Assembly: GCA_951406725.2 (NCBI GenBank)
Contig: OX597816.1
Coordinates: 130,386,001 to 130,450,000, forward strand
Direction: 5' to 3'
DNA: 64,000 nt
Origin: Octopus vulgaris
Taxonomy: Eukaryota
This document shows positions 50,445 through 63,880 of this stretch, piece after piece. The notes beneath the pieces were generated by a model, which saw only the letters and a program-made list of their open reading frames with translations, ran no database searches and was not told the origin of the DNA. A program made the position numbers and the translations under genes. How positions within the stretch are numbered: the stretch's first letter is position 1; each line of letters starts with the position of its first letter.

Positions 50445-50727
50445 TATATATTAGAAGAAATGAGGTACTCAGAAATCCGGATGGTTTTATATTTACAGAC
50501 ATTTATTAGTATGTTACATGTTTTTATACATCATATATCATATAACTGCGCTTTCATCCATTCTAGTGGAATCTTCAAATTGAACTATCCAATTTTAAGA
50601 CTCCACTAGAATGGACGAAAGCGCTAATATATGATATATGATGTATAAAAGCATGTAACATATTAATAAATATCTGTAAATATAAAACCATCCGGATTTC
50701 TGAGTACCTCATTTCTTCTAATATATA
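50445..50727. repeat. Long inverted repeat (~138-bp arms, 7-nt loop), probably inverted Penelope-like terminal repeats
   Basis: Left arm tatattagaagaaatgaggtactcagaaatccggatgg... matches the reverse complement of ...ccatccggatttctgagtacctcatttcttctaatata; loop aactatc at 50583-50589; TA-rich flanks. Confidence 0.9.
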
Positions 50728-52845
50728 TATATATATATATATTTATGTAAATAACTAGAAATGGCTCTGACAAAAGTAGCATTAATTTTTTTAGGTTGTT
50801 CAATTTTTCTCAACTGATCAGCAAACCAGTTGAAGAAACCTATCAGTAACTTAGCTATAATGCCTACTGTAAACAGCTGTAAGCCAAATTTACACTAAAA
50901 AAAAAAAAATGTAATGACCATTATTTAAAACAGTTTGATTTGGATTCTGTGTTACTTGAAATTTCAAAGGCCAGTGAAAATCCAAACCAAATTGTTTTGA
51001 ACAATACATGTAACTCCCAATAAATGCATTGAGTGCCCATTCTTTCATTTGTCCACTCTCTCGTATGTATATACATAAAACTGTATTTCTGAAGTAAGGT
51101 ATAAAAGGAAATATTGGCTGTTGTTACTAAGAATGTGATACAGAAATCAAAAACACAGTATTTAGAAATGTGACTATTCGTACTAATAACATAAATACTT
51201 TGGGAATAGAGGAATTTACTAGTTTTATAAGTAGACAAAATAAATTTTACTGATCATTTAGAAGAATAAAGTGGAAATCATCTAATATAAATATCTTATA
51301 GTGGTATGTATCCTCTTAGAGCTTTCATTCTTGTTTAAGGACCACAAAATCTCTTTTGTTGGAATCTAATATATACAATATAGAGGTTTTCTCTTGTTTT
51401 TTTTTTTGTCATGTTACTGCCTTAATGAAACTCAGTTTATTTCTTCAAATTTATTTTTGTTTTTAACCCCCTGCCACACACATGTATCAGAAGCAGTATT
51501 AGGCTAAAATGGCCATCAGTGTATCATACTTAATGTCCATAAGAGATTTTATCCTAAGATGAATACTGTAATAAGTTTACCTTTTTTTGCATTGTGTTTG
51601 CAAGTGTGATACAAGATATGAAGATGTGTGTAGTTTTTTTTTTCCAAATTGAAAAAGGGCATAAAATTTAAATTTAAAGAAAATATGAATTTAAGCTGGT
51701 TACTACTTTTTGAAAATGCTTTATTTCTTGGTTTTAGTGTTTTCAAATCTTGAAAAATTGTACTAACTTCAAAATATATGTGTCTGTATCATCCACTTCT
51801 AAATTACAAAAATTAAAATTTTATCAGTAGTTATGTATGTGTGCCTGTGTGCATACATATGATCTATGTATATGTGTGTGTGTATATATATCTATGTATA
51901 AACACTTGAATGCTTGTGAGTACATGTATACTCACACACATTTATATTTATATGTGTGTTTAATATATATATATATACATACACATATACAGGCAGGCAA
52001 GCACCTCCTGCATGATGAAGTGTTGTATTCATAAGAATCTTAATGTAATGAGTCAATGCAAAATCTATTTTCCTGTTAACTGTCATGTTTTACACAAATT
52101 AATGTGTAAAATAGGTTTCCTATTAGAGGAGGTATCAAACTTTTCATGAATACAACTCTTCTATAACCAGTGTGTTTGTGTGTGTGTGTGTGTATGTGTG
52201 TTTTTGTACATGTATGAACATGTGTATTTTGTATTGGCCCAGTATGATTACTGCTGAATATCTGAAAACAATAAAAACAATATATGAGAGAGGAGGGAGA
52301 AAGAAGTGTGACTTAAAACAAAAGGCTTTAATCATTTTTATCCAGTTTCCACAAATAGTGACACTGCAATACATATTAGAGTATTTTTTGTTTTTAAATA
52401 TTCTTGAGCACCTATTTATAGCTCAGTAATACAGTTCATTATTTTTTATTGTTCACTTTTTATAAGCTTGCTTTTGTAATTATATACAAATATTGTTGCA
52501 CTTTTATACAAATAGCATTGAATTTAAGATCTGAGAAATTGTTTATATTTGAGGACACATATATTTCAGCAAAGTTTGTGCAATGCTCTCCTCTCTTCAC
52601 TTTTTTAAAAATCCTATTGCTACCCAATGGGCTCCAAAATATGGATTGCTTATCTTTTTATATTTTATTCATGCTGTTTATCTTTATGAAAAACAATAAC
52701 AAAATGGTAGTTGCATTTATAATGTGAGATGATAATTTGACCAAAAAAGTATTCCATCCAAAATATTATGTAATCCATGTTTTCATTGTTTGTATTAGTT
52801 TTGTGTGTGTCTATTTACATACATATATACATACATGTATGCATG

Positions 52846-52879
<34 letters not shown>

Positions 52880-52972
52880 TAAGTATGCATTACATACATA
52901 TATGTATATAAGTATGCATGTATATACAGACATTCATGTATGTATATACAAACATGTGTTTGCGTATGTATG

Positions 52973-53011
<39 letters not shown>

Positions 53012-54479
53012 TACCGAATGTAAACAGTTCTGTTTCTGCTTTCTCAAATTTCTTTGTTTTTGTCATGTTACTAAGCATTTTCCCTTTTTTTTGTTCTTCA
53101 TATATTATTGCACTCTCTTCCCCATCTCACAACACCCCTGCACTCCAAGAAACCTGAGTCTTTCATTTTTTTTCTAATATTTAAAAATTAAATAAAAGAA
53201 AGAAAACACTTTTTTATGATCAAAATGGAAAATATAAAAAAATACCAGTAATCCGGCCAAATTAGTAGCTAAAAATAAAGTGTACCATCTATTTTATTGA
53301 ATGTATTTGTTTATTAGTCATTTACAACACTACTACTTGCAGTATTTAATAATTTTCAATAGCTATTATCATTATTTTCATAATAGTAATAGTAATATTA
53401 AACATATTATGAAGAATCACTTCTAAGCAAAGTATGTTTTAAGATTTAAAAAAAAAAAAAAACCAAAAAAAAAAAAACTACCCCTCAAAAATCCATAGAA
53501 CTTTTTCAAATTTTCAAACCACTAGTCTGCAATACTGCAGACTAGTGATTTTGATTTTGTTTCGAAAGTGAGGTGAGTGTACAGCATTGATAAATAGCAA
53601 AAACTGTGAAATACTGTTATTGCTGGTCTTGTCTTTCCTTCTGGGGCTAATTCATTTCATCTAGCTCTGAAAAATACTGTGTTTTTTAACACTATATATC
53701 TTTAAAGGGATCTTTCTTGAATGAAAAACTACAACTCCTGGCATTTAAACAACATACATACATTATGTTGTATTAATAATGTATTTCTAGTATCTTAACT
53801 GTTTAGGCCATTACTGTTGACATTGATGCTTTAATGATGTATTTTCTAGTCTGAGTAGCAGATGTTTTAATAGGTAAGAGTAATGATAGTACACCAGTGT
53901 TTGTTTAGATTATTAGTTAACTTTAGAAGTCTCTGTACATAATTAATGAGACATATTGCATTTTTTGTGAACTAACAGTGATTTCTTGACTTATGCCATA
54001 AATAAATGAGCTTCATAATAATAATAATAATAACCCTTTCTACTGTGGGCACAAGGCCTGACATGTTGGGAAAGGGGGCCAGTCCATTATCTTGTGCTGA
54101 ATTGATGCTTATTTCATTAAGCCCAAAAAGATTAAAGGCAAAGTGAATCTCAGCACAATAATTTCTTTTATTGGCCAAAAGAACCCAAGACATTGCAGTA
54201 ATATAAGGTTAAAATGCAAAATACTGAAAAATAGCAAGAGGATTTATATTGAATGAAGAGGTACAATAAAGAACCACTAATATAATATGAAAGAATCTTT
54301 AAAATGGGAGCCAACCACGTAAAGTGATTTGGGTTGCTTACACAAAAGCCCTAGTTACTCTGACACACTAAAGGCAAGTGCCAGTTCTTGCCTTCAGTTT
54401 ACAGCTTTGTAATTAAACCAGATTTATTATACACAACAATTTCGTCACTCTCACTCACCTTTCATAAAGTTTTTTGGAG

Positions 54480-55330
54480 AGCAGCACCTCCCATCTTCAT
54501 CCTCACCTGCCTTTTTCAAATGGAACTTGAAGTTGATGAGGGTTTGGCTTGAGAAGAAGAGATCTGTCCTTAAATGTTGTAGCTGTGTCCACTGCATACC
54601 TTCTTTCCAGACAAAGAAAGGCTATTCTCTCTTCCTTGTCAAGCGAAGGCAGTGGGTTGATCTGTATGACGGACATGGCTGACAGCCAGATCTGACCCAC
54701 ACATAGCAGTTGTTTGACATAAACACACAGATCAGCAATGCATGAACACTGACCGTAAGGAAGCCAGATGGTTCCATTGTTTTGCTGCATTTTTGGTACA
54801 TTCAGCTGCTGGTGGCTCAAGCATAGGCATATCTATAGAATTTATCCTAAACAGATAATGCTCCACCATAGCATTGAGAAGTCAAGGACTTTTAGAAATC
54901 ATTCATACATAATCAAAGACCTGGTGTCCTCCAGAGTGTCTGGAAATTTCCAGATTTTAAATGCCCGACTTTGGTTTGCATTTGACCTAGGACTGCAGCT
55001 TGATCAAAGGGATGCCTTGCAGAAAGATATGTCTGGCATATGATGACCATATCTACTCATCAGTGTCATTAAGGAGTCTCTGGCAGATGTTGCAGCCTCT
55101 GCAAGTCAACAGCTTTGGCATGCTGAAAATCCTCTGACTAGTAGAACAAGCGCCTTTTAGGAAAAAACAAAACAAATCATTACATGCTCCAATGTGGTCA
55201 GATGTTTCATGGAACAAAGTGCAATGGTTAGAAAGTAGTGCATCACTGAAATGATGTTGATGGGCCACAATAGCTGATATTTCAAGGGCAGCTTCTTCTC
55301 CGCCCATTTTTGAGTGAGAATGAAACACCC
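54480..55330 (-). mobile_element. Decayed LINE fragment (RTE-like)
   Basis: GC-richer coding-like block with many stops; weak YGH and C-terminal Cys/His remnants. Confidence 0.4.
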
Positions 55331-55560
55331 TGTTTGCAACTTCTTATGTTTTATCAACCTAGAGATCTGAATCAAATCAAAAACCAAGCACTCAGTAATA
55401 ATGCTTACACTGTCACTGCAAACAGGACTAGGTTTCTTTTAGATTTCATTTTGACAAAAGTAAAATATTACTGATTACTGTATTGATTTGTTTTTGATAC
55501 TTGTCATTAAAAACAGTGATATATATAATTGTCTTGATTTGAAAAATGTTCTATCTTTCT

Positions 55561-55860
55561 ATTATTCAGGTCGCTGTTTGGAATCAAACTCAGAATCTTG
55601 GGGTTAGTAGCCACGGCACATGAAGTAGTGGTTAAGAGCGCGGGCTACTAACCCCAAGATTCCAAATTCGATTCCAGGCAGTGACCTGAATAATAATAAT
55701 AATAATATAATATCGAAAAATACCTTAGGAATGAGAACCCAGATTCTAAATTTCCCCAAGGCACCTGATGAAGGCTGGAGGGTATATCAGCCGAAATGTT
55801 GTGTTAACAACAAATAAGATGAGGACAAATATCTATCAAATATAAATAATGTAAATAATG
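55561..55860 (+). mobile_element. tRNA-headed HHR-bearing retroelement, copy 2, with inverted 5' duplication
   Basis: Same family as 12954-13256; 55561-55612 is the reverse complement of the tRNA-head segment ~55643-55694; HHR at 55760-55805. Confidence 0.8.
55760..55805 (+). ncRNA. Minimal type I hammerhead ribozyme motif
   Basis: GGCAC-CUGAUGA-A-GGCUG(loop)CAGCC-GAAA-UG-UU-GUGUU; canonical core, with a CpG-type C>T in stem III relative to copy 1. Confidence 0.7.
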
Positions 55861-58800
55861 AGGTAGTGAGCTAGCAGAATTGTTACTGTGCTGGACAGAA
55901 TGTTTAGCAGCATTTCTTCTGGCTTTATGTTCTGAGTTCAGATGTTGCCAAGGTCAACTTTTGCCTTTGTTTCTTTTAGGGTTGATGAAATAGTACCCGT
56001 TAAGCACTGGGGTTAATGTAATCGACAAGCCTCCTCCCCACAGATTTAGGCTTTGTGCCTATAGTAGAAAGAATTATTTTCCTTAAACAGGAGACCTGGC
56101 ATTTTGACCAGGTCTCCTGTTCAAGGATATCTTCTTCCGTCCTTCCTATTGGTCATGGAGGCTCTACAAAAGTGTTTTGGGCACTGCCTGCTTTCCTAAC
56201 AAATATGTATCACATCTATATAATTTTGTTTGCATGTCTGTGTACATAAGTAGTCAAACATTACTCTTCAGTCACATTATCACTGAAGACTGGTGGTTCT
56301 GATAATACATGGGGCAATTTTAAACTAGTAATATGGTATTAATATCTTCCTTCACAGGCATGTACATGCATGCACACGCACACACACACACAGACATGCA
56401 CACTGACACAATGTGTTGTAACACCCAAGGAATAAATAAAACCTCATATCTTAATATAGTTATTCATCTTCATTAAACTGAAAAGAATCCTAAGCAATTT
56501 AAGGAAGTTTACTTGAGATGAAGTAAAATGATCTAGTTTTGAGGAGATTACACACATTTCATTCATCTATGACAGTTGTAAAAATAACTTTCCAGACAAT
56601 ATTGTTTTTCTTTTCTAATGCTAAATTCTACACAGATGCTACATTGCTTTGTTTACTTCCCTTTTTTTTTGTTTGTTTCCAATTATTTCCTTACATGCTC
56701 GTTCTAAATTAAATCTTACTTAGAGTTAAAAAAAAAAATTTTTTGCTCGTTTCTTTCATCTGCTGTATTTTTTTCACCTTTTCTGTTTTCTTTTTTAAGA
56801 AACAAATTCTTGATAAGTTTCAAGATTTAATTTACTCCTAATTTCATTGAAATCTGTCTTAATTTATTGTTTTGTTTTGTCTTTATATATATCAAGTTGA
56901 TATCAACTGAAAGTGACAGACAAGCTGACAAATAGTAGTTCAAATTCTTTTATCTAATTTGTTCTCCCCTTTCTTAGAAATACAATTGTCTATATTCAGA
57001 CCATATTTACATTTGGTTAAAAAAAATACCATATTTATAATCTTGAAGGAAAAATAAGTAGCTGTTTCATTTTTGTCAGTTTGAATTTGTTTTTCAGTAG
57101 TTTGTGATATTTACTAATTGTTGGGGAAAATAACTTTTTGAGAGTTACAAGTGAACTCTAACATTCACTCTTCTTTTCTCAATGGTTCTCTCTCTCTCCC
57201 AATCTTTTCTTTCTCCCTCTTCCTCAATCTCTTCTTTCTTTCTCTCACTTCCTTCTCTTCCCTTCTCGATCCTACTTCTTATATCATTCTTCCAACCCTT
57301 GTTTCATTTCATATTTTCTCTTTCTTCTCAGTTTCCCCAAATATACATTCACTTTCTTTTCTATGATTCTTATACAGATCCATTTCAGCTCTTCTCTGTT
57401 ACAGTATAATGACGGATTATCTTCTTAATCTTGGAACATTTTATATTGTATTATATTGAAAGTTAGGCAAACAGACAACACAACACCACTGCAGATATAA
57501 CAAAGTAATGGACATGTGTGACTTAAAAGTCTGCCACTTAAAGGTCACAGTCACAAAATATGTTCACCTTTTGAAGCTGTGAAAGTTCTTTATACTATTT
57601 TGTATTATGGTGTTAGATTTCACAAGTGATAACATTTAATAAAATAAAAATGCTAATTTCCACCTAAACCAAAATTGATCAATGCTGTTCAAATCAAATA
57701 TACCCTTTCCCTACAAAATGGGAAGAATGTAAAGAATGTAATAAGTTAAGAAAAATGGTTAAACAATGGGTTAGTATTTTAATCTCAAATCCAGCTGGGG
57801 TTGACTTGGTTTAGATAAATTAAGGGCCTGTAACACACTAAATTCTGTCCAATCAAAAAATGTTTTTGTGCCTAGTCAAAAGAAAACTTTATTAGTGAGA
57901 AAATATTTATATATCAATTTTACAAAATTTATGAAATTAAAAATGATAAAAATCCCTTTCTAATATTAATGTGAACCACAAATATACTTAAGTTTAAAAA
58001 AAAAAATGAATATTAGGTATGTGAGTGTGTGTTGAAAATCTGTGATCTGTTTATTAATCTTTTAGTATGTCTGTATACAGCTACTTTCACTAAGCAGGCA
58101 ATGATGGCCTTTTACCAAATGTAAAAGGAATATAAACTGCTTGAATGTTCTGAATGTTGCACATAGAAAGTCTGTTATTAGGGTCTTTATTGTTATTAAT
58201 CTGTTCCTTTTCTTTAAAATATTGTCTCAGATTGTACAAAATGATTTTCTTTTCTTCCTATCATGGTAATGTTTATCTGGTTCTTGTTTTTTTTTTTTTC
58301 TTGAAATAGTAAGCAGTCTACCATCAATTTTCAAGAAATACTGGTTACTTTGGGCACTATTATAAGCTTTTATTTAAATGTTGTACTCTCAATTTATTCT
58401 CCCTCTGAGAGCCTTAACAATTAAGCTTCCTTTTGCCGAGTGGCTCCATGTGAAATAAAATTCTTATTTGGTAAAAATCATGATGTATATTGTAGTCTCA
58501 CAGCTGGATATTTTTTTCCAGTATTACTATAAACAAATTATTGAAGTCCAAATCAAGAATTTCAGTTGTTTATTATTAATTTTTCGAGAAATTAAAAAGG
58601 AGAGATGGAATGCTTTTGGAGACATTCTGGTTTGCTTGGAAGTTAAAATTCTCAGTACGATTGATTTAAATCTATTGTAGATTTTTCTACAGCTAATATT
58701 GGCCCTATACTAGCCACAAAACCTGACATGATAACAAAAATTTTCTGTTTTAAAGTGCTATTGAAGCTGAATTTATTAATACAAGGTTTTGTAAACTATA

Positions 58801-61800
58801 AGCAGAATGTTATTTTTGTTAATTTCAAGAAACCAAGACTAATTTTATTTTTTATTTCAAAGTAATTTGTTGTTTTAACTCATAAGGCCTTAAGCTGATG
58901 TATCTCTCTTAATTAATAGGTTACTGACAGTTGCATGTTCATCTTGTTTCACAGTGAAAATCTCTTACTGAATATTTATGTAATGTTCATTTGATGTCCC
59001 ATCACAAAATTTCTAACTAGAATATCAAGTTTTCTATTACTTTAAGTTAAGTATATTCCATTATTTAGATATTACTACTGCTATTCATTGACTATCAATA
59101 TTTAGCAATCAAAGATTGAGTGTTGATGTTACAGTATCTTACATAGCAAGGAATATATAAAGGAAATTTGAGATTTTCTTTACGCTCAATAAAAGTCATC
59201 ATAACATTGAACAAGAAAATTGTCTAGATGACTTCTTTTTTCTTTGCAATAAGCTTTGCTTTGTGATATTGTAAATGTGTTTCTATGTTGAACACATTTT
59301 TATGCAAGTCTATAAGTATAGTCACTGCTCCCCATTTATAGCTGTTTTGAGGTTGTAATTTTTCACACTAATAACCTTTTCTGTAGAGATGAATGCTTTT
59401 TAGAAATAGATACATCTGTTTTGATTTAGTTTGATTTTAATCATCATAAGGCAATTAGATACATGAATAAGGCATCCAATGATGATCAGAGATGAAACCA
59501 ATCAAAACATGGTGTGGATGTAGATTATTAAAAAACGAAATGTTTCATCTTTAAGTATAAGGTCAATAGTTTGAAAAATAATAACTTTATTAACAATCCC
59601 TCTTTTCATATAGTCAATGTCTATTAAGGTTTATATTCTCGACTAATGATGTTTATTTTAGCAAGGCCTCAGTAAGAGTTGAAATAGATTTTAATTACTG
59701 AATGCCTCTTAAAATAATAATAAAAATACCCTTTTATGTTTTGCTTTTGAGATGAGGTACAATGGAGAAATTACTGCTAATAATAATAGTAATAGCATGA
59801 TGAATATAAAGTGATGCTTTCCTTTATTTTTTTTTCTTCAGTTTTCAGTATTATTATTTGTAATATTTGAACAATTTTTTTAATAATTTTAGACAATTAT
59901 CCAAAATATGGATTGTTTTCTGCATCTATTGCTGAATCTTGCCTTAACTACATGGAATTCATGTATAAATATTTTTTTCTTGCTTTTGTTTAAAATTTAA
60001 ATAAAAGTGTAAACTTTGCAAACCATTCCTTCCTTGGTAAATGAATATCTTGTGAAATAACTTGCTGATATTCCAAGTTTTGAACAAATTTTACAGATTA
60101 TTTGCCAGAGACCAGTTACATTCTTTATATTAGAGGACCAATATCCCAAAATGCTGCATGCATACACACAGTAATGTTTCCGGCCTTATATATTTAATAT
60201 ATGGCAAGAAAAGCTGATTGCTGGCATACTTGCTAGAGATCTAGGCAAAATATCTTGAGAATATAGTTTGCTCTTTACATTCTGAGTTTAAATCTGCTGG
60301 AGCAGCAAGATTGGTAAATAATGTACCAGTAACATACTAGGATTTGATTTAATCGTTTATACCTCTCCCCTAAAAAGTTTGTGGTTTTCTGCCAGTGTAA
60401 GTATTACTTAGAGGAGAGGTGGAAGATTTTAACAAACATTCTCTGGTTTGTCCTGACTGATTTTTGTTTTCCTTTTATCTTCTCAGCTCTGGTTATTCTT
60501 TGAAGAAATATTACATTAATAATAAATGTGATATTTATGATTATTACTACTGTGTATGTTGATTTTTTTATCTTGTTATTTATTGATTAAAATTATTATT
60601 CTACCATGGCACCCTTCCAACAAATATATAACAATAAACAACACTTTGTTTTTTAATTTTTATTTTGATATACTCATGTTATTGAATAAAGAAAATTGCA
60701 TACTTATTTGCAGTTAAAGTTGAATTATTTTTTATTATTTACATCCAGTTTGTTGATGTTATTGAAAATAGCTAACATTATGACCATAATTCAATTGACT
60801 AGGTGCCTAAAAACTAGGCTTGTCCATCGTTAAAGGATGTTATTATTTTTTTTAGGGGAAGGACAGTTTGAACGCCGGGGAAAATGCCTCGCCACGTTTC
60901 TTCTGGCTTTTTATGTTCTGAGGTCAGCTTTGCCTTTCATCCCTCTGGTGTTGATAAAATAAAGCACCAGTCAAGTACTGATATTAAAATCAACTGTTCC
61001 ATTCCCCATTTGATCTTGTACAAAATCTGCTGTTAGGACAAATACTGCCGTTAATTAGGTTTCTTAAAAAATGTATTTGCTTTAAGTATGATGCAAAGAT
61101 TATTTCAAACTAATGCTGCTTCTGTCGTACATAACGAATTATTACATTTCTATTTCTTATTTATTGCAATAAATGCATTAAAAGAAACCTAGGCTATGAG
61201 ATATTCACAATAACGGCATCTCAAATCTCTGACAGACCATTAATTGGGAAGTTTACTGTATTATTAAAAAGAAAAAAAAAAGTAAATGTAACTATTGACA
61301 GGCGGAACCGAAAAAAGCAAGAAAATATCCAGTTAACTATAACGGATTTTGGGTGACCGTCAAAGGTTTTGTGCATCACTTAGGGTATTGAATATAAATC
61401 AGCCTGGAAAGACTTTCTTTTCTTGGAGCTATTGAAATGCAATTAGAAGAAACACATCTGATAGTTTACCTTCATTGTTATGCTCGCATAACGATGTTGT
61501 ATGCCGCCATGGGAGTTTGTTGATCAGCGGTATTCATCAATGAATAATTAATGTGCCATTTTCAAGAAATGGAGAAGAAATACACACAAACTGGTGTTAA
61601 TGCATTTTCAGCGAACCTTAACTATGTTAGGTGAAGTTTAAATTATAGGTATTGAAATTGTGAGTTTAACAGTTATCATAATCACAACCATTATTAAATA
61701 GGAAGGGTGGTTGGTAGCTTAACAGAATCGTTAGAGCGTCGGACCAAATATCTTATGGTATTTCTTCCAGCTCTTTACGTTCTGAATTCAAATTCTTTCG

Positions 61801-61840
61801 AGGTCGATAAAATAAAGTACCTGTCAAATACATGGTTCGA

Positions 61841-61877
<37 letters not shown>

Positions 61878-62138
61878 CATACATACATGTGTGTGTGTGT
61901 GTGGTGTGTATATATATATCGTTGGAATTTACACAAAAAAAAATACGAAGACGGGTGTGTAAGCAACAAACACATGTATTAGTTTAACGTTCGGAAAGGT
62001 AAGAAAGTCTTTTACGTTTCGAGCCTACGCTCTTTAACAGAAAGGAACACGAGAAAATAAACAGAGAGAGAATAAAAAAGGTTTAGTGGCTAGCGATCAA
62101 TCATGGACATTATATATATATATATATATATATATATT

Positions 62139-63370
62139 CAGGGTGTGTAAGGTATTTGAGGACGTACCTTTTTTGGGGTCATTGCTGCATTTTTTGCTAA
62201 CTCTGTATAATCTTTGTTTCAGAAAATAATAATGACAGACCCTCAGCTTATTCAAGAAATGAAGATGCATTGAAGATGTTATTGTTGTTATAAAGGTTGA
62301 GCATAGTGATTTAGAAATATCTCGAGTTTTAAAAGTTGCCAGATCTTTCGTCTACAAAGTTTGTAAGGAGTTAGAAACTGCAGATGCAAATGTATCACCA
62401 GTATCAAAGCACAAAAAGCATTCTAAATGCTCTGAAATCATCCGAACACCTGAATTTATCCAGCAAGCTCAACAGATTACAATCCCAAAAAGTCCATGAG
62501 GTTAATTGTTAAAGATCTCCATGTATCAGAAGGGACAGTCAGAAATGTCGAAGACATCAGATATAAGTCTTATATGATGAGGAAAGGTCAATTTGCCCGA
62601 AAAAGCAGAAAAAATCACTACATCAGATCTAAAAGGCTCTTAAACTGAAAAATCCAGCAGAAGAAGATTTGATTTGGCTTTTCTCAAACGAGAAAAACTT
62701 CGACCAAGAGCAAAATTTAACAGAAGATTTAACAGATGGTTATGTGCAGACCCTTCTGAAGTTTCAAGTGTTATGCGTGCAAAATGTTCTGCAACTGTCA
62801 TAGTTTTAGGGGTTGTCAGCAATGAAGGACGTGATGCCTCCTTACTTCTTTCCACAAGGCCTTAGAGTTAACTTTGCCGCCTACATTGAAGTCCTGGAAA
62901 TAAATGTTAAGCCCTGGATAGACAGTGTATGCAATGGAAGGCCATATATGCTTCAGTAAGACTCTGCACTATCACACATGGCTCTAGTAACGCAAATGAA
63001 TGGCTGAAAACTTTTATCATCACATAACCCCTAACATTTGGCCTCCTAATTCCCCAGGTCTCAATCCATTGGACTATTACATGTGGAGCGTTGTCGAGAG
63101 AGAGGTCAATGAACACGCCCGTAACACCAAAGATTCTTTGAAAGCTGCCATAGTCAGAGTAATGTCCAAAATGAACCAGGATCACTTGATTCAAGCATGT
63201 AGATGATTTAGATCTCATATAGAAGTAGTTGTTGAAGCTGAAGGTGGCTTTATTGAATAGTATAGAAAAGAAGGTTTATTTTTATCCTCATAGCATTTTT
63301 TGCTACGTAAAGTTATCTGTTATTATATATCTGTTTTTTTCTTCTTATAAATAAATCTGTCATCAAATAT

Positions 63371-63374
<4 letters not shown>
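62139..63374 (+). mobile_element. Degenerate Tc1/mariner DD37D (maT-like) transposon
   Basis: Frameshifted transposase with WLFSNEKNF, VIVLGVVSNEG, Q*DSALSH and WPPNSPGLNPLDYYMWS; about 37 residues between the 2nd and 3rd D after frameshift repair. TIR remnants taaggtatttgaggac / gtcatcaaatatctta; (TA)n on both sides. Confidence 0.9.

Positions 63375-63460
<86 letters not shown>
63372..63460. repeat. (TA)n(TG)n microsatellite; similar arrays at ~19088, 25640, 29290, 39600, 50055, 52970, 61843, 62111
   Basis: Directly visible. Confidence 0.95.
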
Positions 63461-63461
<1 letters not shown>

Positions 63462-63469
63462 TGTGTCTG

Positions 63470-63880
63470 TAGGCGCAGGCGTGGCTGCGTAGTAAGAAGC
63501 TTGCTTCCCAACCACATGGTTCCAGGTTCAATTCCACTGTGTGTCCCCTTGGGCAAGCGTCTTTTACTATAGCCTCGGGCCGACCAAAGCCTTGTGAGTG
63601 GATTTGGCTGATGGAAACTGAAAGAATCCCGTCGTATATTCATATGTGTATATATCTCTGTGTGTGTCTTCGTGTCCGTGTTTGTCCCTCACCACCACTT
63701 AACAACAGGTGTTGGTGTGTTTAGTCCCCGTGACATAGCAGTTCGGCAAAGAACATCGATAGAATAAGTACTAGGCGTAAAAAAATAAGTCCTGGGGTCG
63801 ATTCGTTGGACTAAATCCCATCAAGGCGGTGCCCCGGCAGGGCCGCAGTCAAATGACTGAAACAAGTAAATGGTAAAAGA
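63470..63880 (+). mobile_element. Full-length CpG-rich SINE family B
   Basis: aggcgcaggcgtggctgcgtagtaagaag..ggttcaattcc..aaatgactgaaacaagtaaa. Confidence 0.9.

Noticed and set aside
61334-61345. TAACTATAACGG, resembling the conserved LSU rRNA / I-CeuI site
   Set aside because: Only 12 bp match and there is no flanking rRNA similarity.
61503-61523. GCCGCCATGG Kozak-like start
   Set aside because: Reads MGVC* with no convincing donor, so there is no supportable exon.
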